From Microgenomates group bacterium GW2011_GWF2_46_18 (GTDB lineage: Bacteria; Patescibacteriota; Microgenomatia; UBA1400; UBA12108): 64,000 bases of DNA. The DNA lies in contig LCMB01000005.1 of the NCBI GenBank assembly GCA_001002415.1, positions 13,621 to 77,620 of the forward strand, written 5' to 3'. The notes below the pieces were generated by a model. That model did not search any database and had not been told where the DNA came from. It was given only the letters and a program-made list of their open reading frames with translations. Numbering within the stretch: position 1 is the stretch's first letter; the number at the start of each line of letters is the position of its first letter. Below are positions 27,756 through 36,491 of the stretch, one piece after another. Made by a program: the position numbers and the translations under genes.

Positions 27756-28457
27756 TTACTTCCCAAACCGTCTTTGTCTAGTTTGGTATTCCTCAATCGC
27801 CTTCTCTAACTCATTAGGTGTAAACTCCGGAAACAACTTCTCCGTAAAATACAGTTCACTATATGCCGCGCTCCACATCAAAAACCCCGATAGTCTCATT
27901 TCCCCCCCTGTCCGAATAATCAAATCTGGATCCGGCATCCCCGCCGTATCTAAATATTTCTCAAATGTGTCCTTCCTAATTCCTAATTCCTGATTCCTGT
28001 TTTCCTCGCACCATTTATCCACCGCCCTTTTAATCTCGTCGCGCCCCCCATAATTTAGTGCAAATGTTACCGTAATCTTGTCATTCTTCTCCGATTTTTT
28101 CATTGCCTCCTTCATTCCCGCCTGAATATCCGGAGCAAACCGACTCATGTCTCCGATCATTTTGAGTTTTGCTCCCTTTGCGATAAATCTCTCGACTTTG
28201 GTCATCAAGGCCTTGCGGAACAAATTCATTAATCCCACAACCTCTTCTTCCGCCCTGCCCCAATTCTCAGTGCTAAATGCCCACAAAGTCAGGTATTCGA
28301 CTCCCAGCTCACCCGCTCGCTCAATCAGCTGTTCGACAATTTTGTCGACTGCATAGGCGTGCCCGGCAATTATTGACAGCCCTTTCCCCTTCGCCCATCT
28401 CCGATTCCCATCCATCATAATGGCGACGTGACGAGGAATATTTGTTTTATCAATCAT
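27756..28457 (-). CDS. uppS: Undecaprenyl diphosphate synthase
   Basis: HVAIMMDGNRRWA, AFSTENW, NYGGRDEI and IRTGGEMRLSGFL motifs. Confidence 0.96.
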   Translation of the reverse strand: MIDKTNIPRHVAIMMDGNRRWAKGKGLSIIAGHAYAVDKIVEQLIERAGELGVEYLTLWAFSTENWGRAEEEVVGLMNLFRKALMTKVERFIAKGAKLKMIGDMSRFAPDIQAGMKEAMKKSEKNDKITVTFALNYGGRDEIKRAVDKWCEENRNQELGIRKDTFEKYLDTAGMPDPDLIIRTGGEMRLSGFLMWSAAYSELYFTEKLFPEFTPNELEKAIEEYQTRQRRFGK

Positions 28458-28459
28458 AT

Positions 28460-29440
28460 TCAAAATAAATGAGTCTTTAATTCGCTGGGTTTTTCTCCCA
28501 CCTTTGCCGAAATCGTCTTAACCACCAAGCTTAATTTATCCAATCTTTCTTTTACGATACTTTCAAATTCCGGGGTGGTTAGTACATGCACATTAAATCC
28601 GGTATTAATCGTAAAATACGCTTTAATTCCCTCTCTTCTCATTTCCCAAACTGCCAGCATTACCTCAATAGTACCCGGGTACCAAGCTATCATCGGTGGC
28701 TCACTGGTTAGTAAAATACTATGAAATTCCAACGCCTCCCCTTCTACCAACTTCCCCAACTTATCAAAGTCTTTAATCTTGATCGCTTGCCTTACTTGTT
28801 CTAGTTTTGTTTTGATATTCGCCAATCTCTCTTTGTAAAACAGACTTGTCTTGGCCAACGCGTGACCCGAAGTTGAAGAAACCAGTTTTTTCCCTTCATC
28901 TACTACCGCCACGACATCTCTCACTTCCCAATAACCAGCCGGGAATATTGACTCTGAATATGATGTTTCCGATGTCTCTCCGTCCTTCCATTCGACTATC
29001 CCTCCACACACACAGCGGCAAGCCGTCCCCGACCCCTGCCTTGCCAAAATTGATAACTCTCGCTCTGAAAGAGCTAAGCCGATCGCCTTTGTTGCGGCAA
29101 TCGTCAAAGCCGCAAATCCCGATCCCGAACTGGATAATCCTGTCCCCTTGGGAAAAGTATTTTGTGAAACCACTTTGGCAAATACCTGTTTGCCCGCTAA
29201 ATCTCTAATCCGCTGCAGATGTTTAATCACCCGCTCTGTTTCTCCTTCTTCGCTTTCCCCCTGGATAATTACCTCATCTTTGGTCAACTTTAGATCAAAC
29301 TCAACTGTCGTAACCGTATCTAGTCCTGACAGAATCAGTGAAATACTCCCATTCTCCGGTAGTCGGAGAATCTCGTCTTTTTTCCCCCAATATTTAACCA
29401 AAGCAACGTCCGACGATGCTCTAATTGTTGTCTTGTTCAT
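28460..29440 (-). CDS. mvaD: Diphosphomevalonate decarboxylase
   Basis: ALVKYWGK, GLSSSGSG and GSGTACR; ATGA coupling with the upstream gene. Confidence 0.92.
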   Translation of the reverse strand: MNKTTIRASSDVALVKYWGKKDEILRLPENGSISLILSGLDTVTTVEFDLKLTKDEVIIQGESEEGETERVIKHLQRIRDLAGKQVFAKVVSQNTFPKGTGLSSSGSGFAALTIAATKAIGLALSERELSILARQGSGTACRCVCGGIVEWKDGETSETSYSESIFPAGYWEVRDVVAVVDEGKKLVSSTSGHALAKTSLFYKERLANIKTKLEQVRQAIKIKDFDKLGKLVEGEALEFHSILLTSEPPMIAWYPGTIEVMLAVWEMRREGIKAYFTINTGFNVHVLTTPEFESIVKERLDKLSLVVKTISAKVGEKPSELKTHLF

Positions 29441-30405
29441 TTCTCCCATCTTACTCCCTCTGCTCCGGTTTTTACCTGCATCCACACTCCTCCTGCCTGG
29501 TTAATCGCCTCACCCACTTGGGCTCGCCCCTCATCCTTGACCAACGCAATCATACAATCTCCTCCCCCCGCTCCCGACAGCTTTGCTCCCTCTGCTCCGG
29601 ACTTTCTCGCCACTTTAATTAGCAGGTCCAATTCCTTTGAACTCACATTTAAAGTTGATAGTAGTTCTTGATTCCGATCCATCAATTTCCCGAGTTGTAC
29701 AAAATCTTTTGTCGAAAAATATTTTTTTGCTTCATTCACCAAGGAAGCGATATCCCCAAAAACCGATTCTACCCACTTCTCGTTTCGCTTTAGTTCTGCC
29801 ACCTGTCTCACTAACGTTGGGGTATCCGCTTTCACTCCTGTATAGCCTATCACCATCGGCAAATCTCCGGTATAAATTCGCTCAATCACTTTTCCTGGGG
29901 TCACATAATATATTGTCCCCCCATACACCGACGCCGCCACATCAAATCCGCTTCCGACTCCCTGTACATCCAGTACCGCTTGGTATGCCAACTCAAACAT
30001 TTCTTTCTTGGACATTGTTATCTCCCAATATCCACTCAGTGCTTTGCTAAGTGCACTAACTACGGCCGCACTCGACCCAAACCCAAACTGGGTAGAAAAA
30101 TCTGACTCTGTTGAAATCCTGATTCCCTCTTTGATCTGGTATTTTTCGTAAAAACGCTTGACCAACATTTCTACAAACGCCATTGATTTGGGTAGATCAT
30201 CTTTCCCCAAACTTCCAATTTTCTTGTGATACTCGTCTAACCCGACGTTTGGCGAACAAACATGGATTTCCCCTTCTCCATTCGGTTCTACCGACACTCT
30301 CACTCTTTGATCAACCGCTGTCACAATACAGGGAGATCCGTACACTACTGCGTGTTCCCCAAATAACATCAATTTTCCTGGAGCTGATGCAACTATTTTT
30401 CTCAT
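29437..30405 (-). CDS. GHMP kinase, probably phosphomevalonate kinase
   Basis: PGKLMLFGEHAV, GFGSSAA, QGVGSGFDVAASVYGG and KLSGAGGGDC. Confidence 0.8.
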   Translation of the reverse strand: MRKIVASAPGKLMLFGEHAVVYGSPCIVTAVDQRVRVSVEPNGEGEIHVCSPNVGLDEYHKKIGSLGKDDLPKSMAFVEMLVKRFYEKYQIKEGIRISTESDFSTQFGFGSSAAVVSALSKALSGYWEITMSKKEMFELAYQAVLDVQGVGSGFDVAASVYGGTIYYVTPGKVIERIYTGDLPMVIGYTGVKADTPTLVRQVAELKRNEKWVESVFGDIASLVNEAKKYFSTKDFVQLGKLMDRNQELLSTLNVSSKELDLLIKVARKSGAEGAKLSGAGGGDCMIALVKDEGRAQVGEAINQAGGVWMQVKTGAEGVRWEK

Positions 30406-31229
30406 GTTGCCCCTATTGTGATTGGCCAATAATCAATCTTCTCATCGCGTAATACAGATCCAATTTTTTCTAAGTTGGGATGGATGACCATCATCATTCC
30501 CGATCCAGTTTTCACTCCCCCTGCTCCCGTTATTTTAACTGCCGCCCCCATCTCTCTCAGTTTATTTGCCAAGGTGATTGCCTTTTTTCCTACAACTCCC
30601 AATTTTTCTAAAAGATAGCCATTTTTATTAATCAATTGTCCAATCTCTTCCCCTTTTGCTAGTTTGTCTCGAATCTCCCTCGCAATCTTCCCAATTTCTC
30701 GAATATTTTTTTCCTTCCCTCTCTGTTGTGCCACCAACTCAACCATCTCCCTGGTGGTTTCACCAGGTTTCCCTGAATTTACGAGCAACAACTTTAATTT
30801 ATTTTTAATTTTGAGTTTTTCTATTGGCTTCCCCTTCACAAAAGTAATTAATCCTCCGTACACCACACTAGCCGAATCGATTCCCGATGGGTTCCCATGT
30901 GCTATTCGCTCACATTCCATTGTGTATTCGAATAGCTCGTCTTCCCCAATTGGCTTCCTAAAATAATTGCGAACTTGTTTGATAATGGCAGCCGCTACCG
31001 CTGCAGATGATCCCAATCCAGATCCAATCGGAATTTCACTTGTTATTTTAACTCCTACCTTATCTTTTCCTCCCGCTAGTTCAACTGCTTTCCGAATAAG
31101 TAAATCCGTTTCCTTTTTCCCCACCACTACTTCTACCTTTACCCCCAAGGAAATCTGTGCAACTAAGGCCATCTCTCCATAAACCACCGCGTGCTCACCA
31201 GCCAAAATCACCTTGCCAAAAGTTTTCAT
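30402..31229 (-). CDS. mvk: Mevalonate kinase
   Basis: GKVILAGEHAVVYG, PIGSGLGSSAA, HGNPSGID and KITGAGG. Confidence 0.88.
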   Translation of the reverse strand: MKTFGKVILAGEHAVVYGEMALVAQISLGVKVEVVVGKKETDLLIRKAVELAGGKDKVGVKITSEIPIGSGLGSSAAVAAAIIKQVRNYFRKPIGEDELFEYTMECERIAHGNPSGIDSASVVYGGLITFVKGKPIEKLKIKNKLKLLLVNSGKPGETTREMVELVAQQRGKEKNIREIGKIAREIRDKLAKGEEIGQLINKNGYLLEKLGVVGKKAITLANKLREMGAAVKITGAGGVKTGSGMMMVIHPNLEKIGSVLRDEKIDYWPITIGAT

Positions 31230-31351
31230 ACTTCATCTGCGCCCAACTCGCCAGTGGTGTCGTTATCGTTATCTTTACCTTCTTCTGTACTAGGGTAAGG
31301 CCAATTAGGGCCTGGTTCTCCCTCTATTGTCGGACTGCAATTCACTACCAT
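31226..31351 (-). CDS. Unannotated 41-aa acidic small ORF
   Basis: MVVNCSPTIEGEPGPNWPYPSTEEGKDNDNDTTGELGADEV. It starts 1 nt after the idi stop and its stop overlaps the mvk ATG (ATGA). Confidence 0.5.
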   Translation of the reverse strand: MVVNCSPTIEGEPGPNWPYPSTEEGKDNDNDTTGELGADEV

Positions 31352-31352
31352 A

Positions 31353-31907
31353 CTATTTCTCCTTCTTGGAATTAATTATTAATCGATTATCTTTGACGAT
31401 CATCCTTAACCATGGTGCATATTCTTCTGGTTTATTTTTCACATCTCTCTGTAGTTCCCCCCACTCCATCCACTTCGCTTCTTCCACCTCTTCTGGATTT
31501 AGCTTCATCCCCCCCAACCACTGCCCCACCACCACCGTATCTAGCTCATTCTCCCCCCAACCTGGATTAGTCCAATCATTTGCCTCATAGCTAAATCGGT
31601 ATAGTGTCCGTAAATCTTCCACTCTCATCTTGATTCCCATCTCTTCTTCTAGCCTCGTTACCGCTCGCATCATGTATTCGTCCCCCGGACGCATATTGGT
31701 ACACATCGTGTTTGCCCATAACCCCTTAAACACCGGTTTTGTTTCCGCTCGCTTCTGTAACAAGAGCTCAGTTTTCCCCTGCTTCTTCCGATAGAGTACT
31801 ACCGATAATGCTCGATGTTTTTGCCCTTTACCTAGGTGGGCCTGATCAATATCCGTCGTCCCCACCTCCCTATCATTTTCATCTACCAACACTACCTGTC
31901 TTTGCAT
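31353..31907 (-). CDS. idi: Isopentenyl-diphosphate delta-isomerase type 1
   Basis: HRALSV, LLQKRA..K, LEEEMGI, ENELD and NPEEV motifs. Confidence 0.9.
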   Translation of the reverse strand: MQRQVVLVDENDREVGTTDIDQAHLGKGQKHRALSVVLYRKKQGKTELLLQKRAETKPVFKGLWANTMCTNMRPGDEYMMRAVTRLEEEMGIKMRVEDLRTLYRFSYEANDWTNPGWGENELDTVVVGQWLGGMKLNPEEVEEAKWMEWGELQRDVKNKPEEYAPWLRMIVKDNRLIINSKKEK

Positions 31908-31936
31908 AACTAATTATGTCGTAATCCCAGCCAAAA

Positions 31937-32517
31937 TCATTCTCTCCCCCACTTGATCCATTTCGCAATTTCTCCTCGGATTTCTGCAACTTGCTGCTCG
32001 GTCGCCGGCACTATTGGCGGTCTAAACGTATATTGATAATTAATTATTCCGCGCTCATCTCTCCCTCCACCTTTTCTTATTACCATTTCAACCTGGTCAC
32101 CAATTTGGGGTAACTCAAGCTCTCCTGTTTGTTGATCTATCTCTAAATCGGTCAGTCTACCGAGTATCCGCAAACCCTCAGGTAGTTCCACAATTGCTAA
32201 TCCGTACGGTGCCAAATCAACAAACCCGCTCGGGGCCTGTTCCCTCCCCACCTGAGTAACCGAGTAAACTTCCCCATCCCCGCCGATATAAAGAATCCGT
32301 AATTTTCTCTCAACAAATCTGGTCTCGCCTCTCTCATCGCCATTTCCCCATTCTCCATCTTCTTCCATTCAATAAAAGGCGGTAATTCCATTCTCTCGCC
32401 GCACCCCCGACAAACTGGCCTCGCCGGGAAATGTGGACGACGACAGTTCGGACACTGTCCCCCCTCCATTCTCAATCTTCGTGGTTTATTTCTCCAAATC
32501 TCTGCACCAACCGTCAT
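31937..32517 (-). pseudogene. DUF35-type Zn-ribbon/OB-fold protein split across two frames (frameshifted or split gene)
   Basis: The 32197-32517 frame carries CPNC..HFPARPVCRGCG. The -1 frame 31937-32368 carries the OB fold (GEVYSVT, PYGLAIVEL, IGDQVEMVIR, Y.YTFRP). Confidence 0.6.
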
Positions 32518-32546
32518 ACTCTCATCAGTCGCAAAAAATCATTTTT

Positions 32547-32870
32547 TCATTCTCCTCGTTTGGCGCGATACACCGTACTTGTTCTACATCCGGCCAGTCG
32601 AGCTATTTGCTCTACCTTTGCCTCCGGATGCTTTTGGTATATTACTCTCGCTCGCTCTCGCTTCAACCCCCCATTCCCCACTCCTCGCTTTTGGGCTGCT
32701 GTAATTACTCCTCTGTTAACCGCCTCATTTATAATTCTCTGTATCGAAGCAAACGAGGCTGGTACTTCCGACTGGGCAATTCTTTCGTAACTTTGGCCAG
32801 CCGCATACTTAATTAAAACCTTAGAAACCAATTCTTTTGGAAAAGTTTTGTAATCGAATCCTTCTATCAC
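32547..32870 (-). CDS. Helix-turn-helix protein (two HTH-like segments)
   Basis: SYERIA...ASIQRII and VEQIARLAGCRTSTVYR; GTG start. Confidence 0.65.
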   Translation of the reverse strand: MIEGFDYKTFPKELVSKVLIKYAAGQSYERIAQSEVPASFASIQRIINEAVNRGVITAAQKRGVGNGGLKRERARVIYQKHPEAKVEQIARLAGCRTSTVYRAKRGE

Positions 32871-32893
32871 ACCTCTCTAGTCGCCAAATCCAG

Positions 32894-33205
32894 CTAAATC
32901 ATCCGCAACCGTCGGAATCGATACACCAAAGCCAAAAGTAACCCCTGCCATAACAGTAATCCGATCAGGGTACTCCCCAAGACCAAGGCTACTAGTTCCC
33001 TCCCCACTGGTCCTAGTGTAAAAAAATATGATCCCACTCTCCCCACGAAAAAAAGTCCCAACAATCCCAAGATAGGCGACGCCGCCACCGGTAATAGAAC
33101 TGGCTTATTTAATACCATCCTTCTTACCGATTGATAGGGGTGAATCGCTAGCCCAGCCAAAGTTGTCACCCACACATAACTCATCCACACGACTAGTGCC
33201 TTCAT
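32894..33205 (-). CDS. Small membrane protein
   Basis: Hydrophobic ORF coupled (ATGA) to the upstream gene. Confidence 0.65.
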   Translation of the reverse strand: MKALVVWMSYVWVTTLAGLAIHPYQSVRRMVLNKPVLLPVAASPILGLLGLFFVGRVGSYFFTLGPVGRELVALVLGSTLIGLLLWQGLLLALVYRFRRLRMI

Positions 33206-33441
33206 GGGAACCCCCCAAACAATCCCAATATGAGTTCTCTTCCCGTAACTCCATCAATCCCCCGCCACAAACCGTAAATTATTACGCTGAGTGGTACTAA
33301 CACCCGCCAGGGGTTTACTACCAGCCAATCCCCCAACCCCTTTGCCCATTGGGGCATCATTTCCGTCTGCAGCAACCGCTTTCCTTCTTGAGCCCTCCCC
33401 TCAAGTTCCCGTAAAAATTCTCTTTCAGTTTTCTTTGGCAT
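33202..33441 (-). CDS. Small membrane-anchored protein, candidate anti-sigma factor
   Basis: Overlaps the 3' end of the ECF sigma gene; C-terminal TM segment. Confidence 0.55.
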   Translation of the reverse strand: MPKKTEREFLRELEGRAQEGKRLLQTEMMPQWAKGLGDWLVVNPWRVLVPLSVIIYGLWRGIDGVTGRELILGLFGGFP

Positions 33442-33961
33442 AGGCTACCGCAAACGCTTTCCGTGCTCGATATAACAACGACTCTGTCGCCTTAAACGGC
33501 AATTTCATTCTCTCAGCAATTTCCCGAACACTCATCCCCATCTCAAATCGCCAAGACAAAATCTCCTGATACTGACTTGATATCGCTCGATATGCTCGCA
33601 AAAATCTTCGCCGCATCTTCTTCTTTTGCCACACCAATTCCGGGGTCTCACTTTTTTCTAACAAATCCTCCCACAGTGGACTTGTCTTCTCAACTGCCGC
33701 TCTAACGTAACGTTTGCGGTAGTAATCCGCCACCTCATGCCTAGCTATCGCCATTAGCCACGTCGATACCTTAGCCTCACCTCGATATAGCGGCAAATTA
33801 TCAAACGCTGACAAAAATACGTCTTGCAATATCTCTTCCGCTGCCTCTTCACTCGGTAGTTTGATCGCCAAATAATTTCGTAGTTTGTCTGCGTACAGTC
33901 GGTAAAATCGGCTCGCCGCCCCCTTCTTCCCCGCCAACACTTCTTCGACCACTTTGTCCAT
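33425..33961 (-). CDS. ECF-type RNA polymerase sigma factor
   Basis: AEEILQDVF, STWLMAIARH, MSVREIAE and ESLLYRARK (regions 2 and 4). Confidence 0.92.
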   Translation of the reverse strand: MDKVVEEVLAGKKGAASRFYRLYADKLRNYLAIKLPSEEAAEEILQDVFLSAFDNLPLYRGEAKVSTWLMAIARHEVADYYRKRYVRAAVEKTSPLWEDLLEKSETPELVWQKKKMRRRFLRAYRAISSQYQEILSWRFEMGMSVREIAERMKLPFKATESLLYRARKAFAVAYAKEN

Positions 33962-33998
33962 ACTTTATACATTATACAAGGTGCGCTATACTCGTCCC

Positions 33999-34322
33999 AT
34001 GGCATGTACTACTGTTAATGGCCAATTAGATCTTGGTTCTTGTCTCATTTTCCAAGACTCTACCGCCGCTCAAGAATACACTGGCGCCGGCTCCCTCATT
34101 AATACTCTCCTTCCCAATATTTATCTTGCCGCCGGCCTCATTATCTTTTTTATGATCATCATGGGTGGTTTTATGATCATTAGTAGCGCTAGTGATCCTC
34201 ACAAAACCGAAGACGGCAAAAAAATTATCACCTCTGCTATAATGGGTCTTGCGATAGTCATCTGTTCCTACTGGATCATCCAATTGATTCAGGTTGTTAC
34301 CGGACTATCCATTCTAAATTAA
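33999..34322 (+). CDS. VirB2/TrbC-like pilin
   Basis: Core SASDPHKTEDGKKIITSAIMGL; TATACT 6 nt upstream. Confidence 0.78.
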   Translation: MACTTVNGQLDLGSCLIFQDSTAAQEYTGAGSLINTLLPNIYLAAGLIIFFMIIMGGFMIISSASDPHKTEDGKKIITSAIMGLAIVICSYWIIQLIQVVTGLSILN

Positions 34323-34326
34323 CCCT

Positions 34327-34668
34327 ATGAACAACTCGCTTCTTGGCGAACCCATCAACAACCCCCTCACCAACTATGGTAATGTTGACGTTGGTCTCCC
34401 CAAATTTATTAGTAATATTTTGACCATTGTCTTTGTCGGAGCCGGGCTTTATGCCTTTTTTAACCTCATGTTTGCCGGGTTTACCTATATCACCGCCGCC
34501 GGTGATCAGAAGAAAATTGAAGCTGCCGTCTATTCCATCAACATGTCCCTTATTGGTCTCATTGTTATGGTCGCTGCTGCTGCCGTAACCGGCATTGTTT
34601 CATACATTCTTTTTGGGAGTGCCACTGCCATCCTTTCTCCCAAAATTATTGGACCAGGGAGCTTATAA
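34327..34668 (+). CDS. VirB2/TrbC-like pilin
   Basis: Core YITAAGDQKKIEAA..SINMSLIGL. Confidence 0.8.
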   Translation: MNNSLLGEPINNPLTNYGNVDVGLPKFISNILTIVFVGAGLYAFFNLMFAGFTYITAAGDQKKIEAAVYSINMSLIGLIVMVAAAAVTGIVSYILFGSATAILSPKIIGPGSL

Positions 34669-34669
34669 T

Positions 34670-35020
34670 ATGACCGATCTTAACTTTGGCCCCATAGTTG
34701 CTCCCGGCGGCTACCAACCCGGGTCTGACCTGGCTAGCTCTACCGGCGCAGTCGAAAGACTCATCAGTAATACTCTGATTGTTCTAACCGCCGTATCAGG
34801 CATTGCTTTTATTCTCTACTTTGTCCTGGGTGGTTTGAGCTGGATCACCGCTGGTGGTGACAAAGGCAAGGTCGATAAAGCCAAAAGCATGATGACCAAT
34901 GGTGCTATTGGCCTCATTATCATTGTTGTTTCCTATGCCATTGTCTGGATTGTCGGCACTGCTCTTGGCGTCGATATCCTCGAACCAGGCAAGCTTATTC
35001 AAGAAACTATTACTTTTTAA
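34670..35020 (+). CDS. VirB2/TrbC-like pilin
   Basis: Core WITAGGDKGKVDKAKSMMTNGAIGL; start at MTDLNF. Confidence 0.8.
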   Translation: MTDLNFGPIVAPGGYQPGSDLASSTGAVERLISNTLIVLTAVSGIAFILYFVLGGLSWITAGGDKGKVDKAKSMMTNGAIGLIIIVVSYAIVWIVGTALGVDILEPGKLIQETITF

Positions 35021-35026
35021 CCAACT

Positions 35027-35407
35027 ATGTCTAAACTAACTCCTCTCCTCATTCCTATTTCCTATTTCCTATTTCCTCTTGCCGCCAAGGCTGCAATCAC
35101 CAATCCCGCTGTTCCCGGTGGTGACAGCCCCACTAGCGCCCCCACCCAATTTGCCACTACTATGGGCGTTCTCTGGCAAACCCTGATTATTGTTGGTGGG
35201 CTCGCCTTCCTGCTTTACTTCCTCATGGGCGGACTCAAGTGGATCATGGCTGGAGGTGACAAAGGCAAGCTCGAAGAAGCCAAGGGTGCTATTACCAATG
35301 GCCTAATCGGCCTCGCTGTCTTGGCCGCCAGCTACGTCATTATCAAATTCCTTCAAGCCGCTCTCGGCCTTGATTTACTCAATATTCTCTGGCCCACCGC
35401 CGGATAA
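35027..35407 (+). CDS. VirB2/TrbC-like pilin
   Basis: Signal peptide plus core WIMAGGDKGKLEEAKGAITNGLIGL. Confidence 0.8.
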   Translation: MSKLTPLLIPISYFLFPLAAKAAITNPAVPGGDSPTSAPTQFATTMGVLWQTLIIVGGLAFLLYFLMGGLKWIMAGGDKGKLEEAKGAITNGLIGLAVLAASYVIIKFLQAALGLDLLNILWPTAG

Positions 35408-35412
35408 ATCCT

Positions 35413-35745
35413 ATGTCATTAACCCTTATCCAAACTGTTCAAGCCGCCGAAAGTTTCCGCATCAACATCGATGACCAAGTCAAGTCCCGCGTCGCCATTA
35501 ACGACACTTTGGGAGTCTTTGTCCAAAAATCTTTCTCCGCCGTTATTCTGGTCGCTGGCTTGGCCACCTTTATGTATCTCGTTTTGGGTGGGGTGCAATG
35601 GATCATGGCTGGCGGTGACAAAGGCAAACTCGAAGAAGCCAGAAATCGTATCACCAATGGTTTAATTGGTCTTGCCATCGTGGCCTCGGCTTGGGCCATT
35701 TACCAGCTCGTTGATTACTTCTTCGGTATTGGCATAACAAATTAA
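35413..35745 (+). CDS. VirB2/TrbC-like pilin
   Basis: Core WIMAGGDKGKLEEARNRITNGLIGL. Confidence 0.8.
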   Translation: MSLTLIQTVQAAESFRINIDDQVKSRVAINDTLGVFVQKSFSAVILVAGLATFMYLVLGGVQWIMAGGDKGKLEEARNRITNGLIGLAIVASAWAIYQLVDYFFGIGITN

Positions 35746-35808
35746 TTAAATAATTGATATACTTAAACCAAGTACTATCAACTAAGTACTGTAACAGGAG
35801 GAAAACCT

Positions 35809-36162
35809 ATGTTCGATCTCATTACCAAAGTTAGCGCCGCCGCTCCCGGAGCCCCCGAGCTCTCCATTGGCAAACCCGAAGGTGTCGCTATTACCAATAT
35901 CGGAACTCTCATTAAAGGTGCTACCCAAGGTGCCCTCCTCATCTCCGCCCTCCTCGTTTTTGCTTTCCTCATTATGGGTGGCATTCAGTGGATTGCTAGT
36001 GGTGGAGACAAAGGCAAAACTCAAGAAGCTCGTGACCGCATTACCGCCGCTTTGGTCGGTCTAGCTGTCGTTGCTTCCGCTTGGGCGATCATGTTGATCA
36101 TCCAGTACTTCTTTGGAATCAGCATCTTGAACGAAAACATCACTCCTCCCAAAGCCTACTAA
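35809..36162 (+). CDS. VirB2/TrbC-like pilin (candidate major pilin)
   Basis: Core WIASGGDKGKTQEARDRITAALVGL. It has its own TGaTATACT (35755-35763) and an AGGAGG RBS (35796-35801). Confidence 0.8.
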   Translation: MFDLITKVSAAAPGAPELSIGKPEGVAITNIGTLIKGATQGALLISALLVFAFLIMGGIQWIASGGDKGKTQEARDRITAALVGLAVVASAWAIMLIIQYFFGISILNENITPPKAY

Positions 36163-36207
36163 GCCGGTTCGATCCATAGGGTTCGTTTTGAATGCTATAA
36201 TTTCCCT

Positions 36208-36489
36208 ATGAACGAAACTGCCGCCGAGCTCTCCTCTCTCCCCGACTACTTTGGCAATATCCTAACCGCCATTATTCCCTTGATTGGTCTCGTGGCTTTC
36301 ATTATGATCTTGTCCGGCGGTTTCAAAATCCTCACCAGTGCCGGTGATCCCAAGGGGATCCAATCCGGCAGTAAAACCATTACCATGGCCGTGGCCGGTA
36401 TCGCGCTTGCTATCCTTTCTTGGTTAATCTTGGTCCTCATCAAAAACTTAACCGGGGTCAACGTCACCGAATTCAAATTTGGCTTCTAA
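36208..36489 (+). CDS. VirB2/TrbC-like pilin
   Basis: Core ILTSAGDPKGIQSGSKTITMAVAGI; TGcTATAAT 6 nt upstream. Confidence 0.78.
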   Translation: MNETAAELSSLPDYFGNILTAIIPLIGLVAFIMILSGGFKILTSAGDPKGIQSGSKTITMAVAGIALAILSWLILVLIKNLTGVNVTEFKFGF

Positions 36490-36491
36490 CT

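Noticed and set aside
28398..28400. AGA reassignment to Ser suggested by tRNA-Ser(ACT)
   Set aside because: AGA encodes the conserved Arg in the UppS DGNRRWA motif, so AGA still behaves as Arg.
32197..32368. Programmed -1 frameshift in the DUF35 gene
   Set aside because: No X XXY YYZ slippery heptamer was found by eye in the overlap, so it is kept only as a split gene or possible error.
36166..36175. GGTTCGATCC resembling a tRNA T-loop or att remnant
   Set aside because: There is no cloverleaf or matching tRNA end. It is more likely part of a weak hairpin after the pilin gene.
33999..36489. CRISPR array or DGR template/variable repeats
   Set aside because: The repeats are coding pilin cores with synonymous differences and gene-length spacing. 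No cas or reverse transcriptase gene is present, and only two mismatches separate the closest pair.
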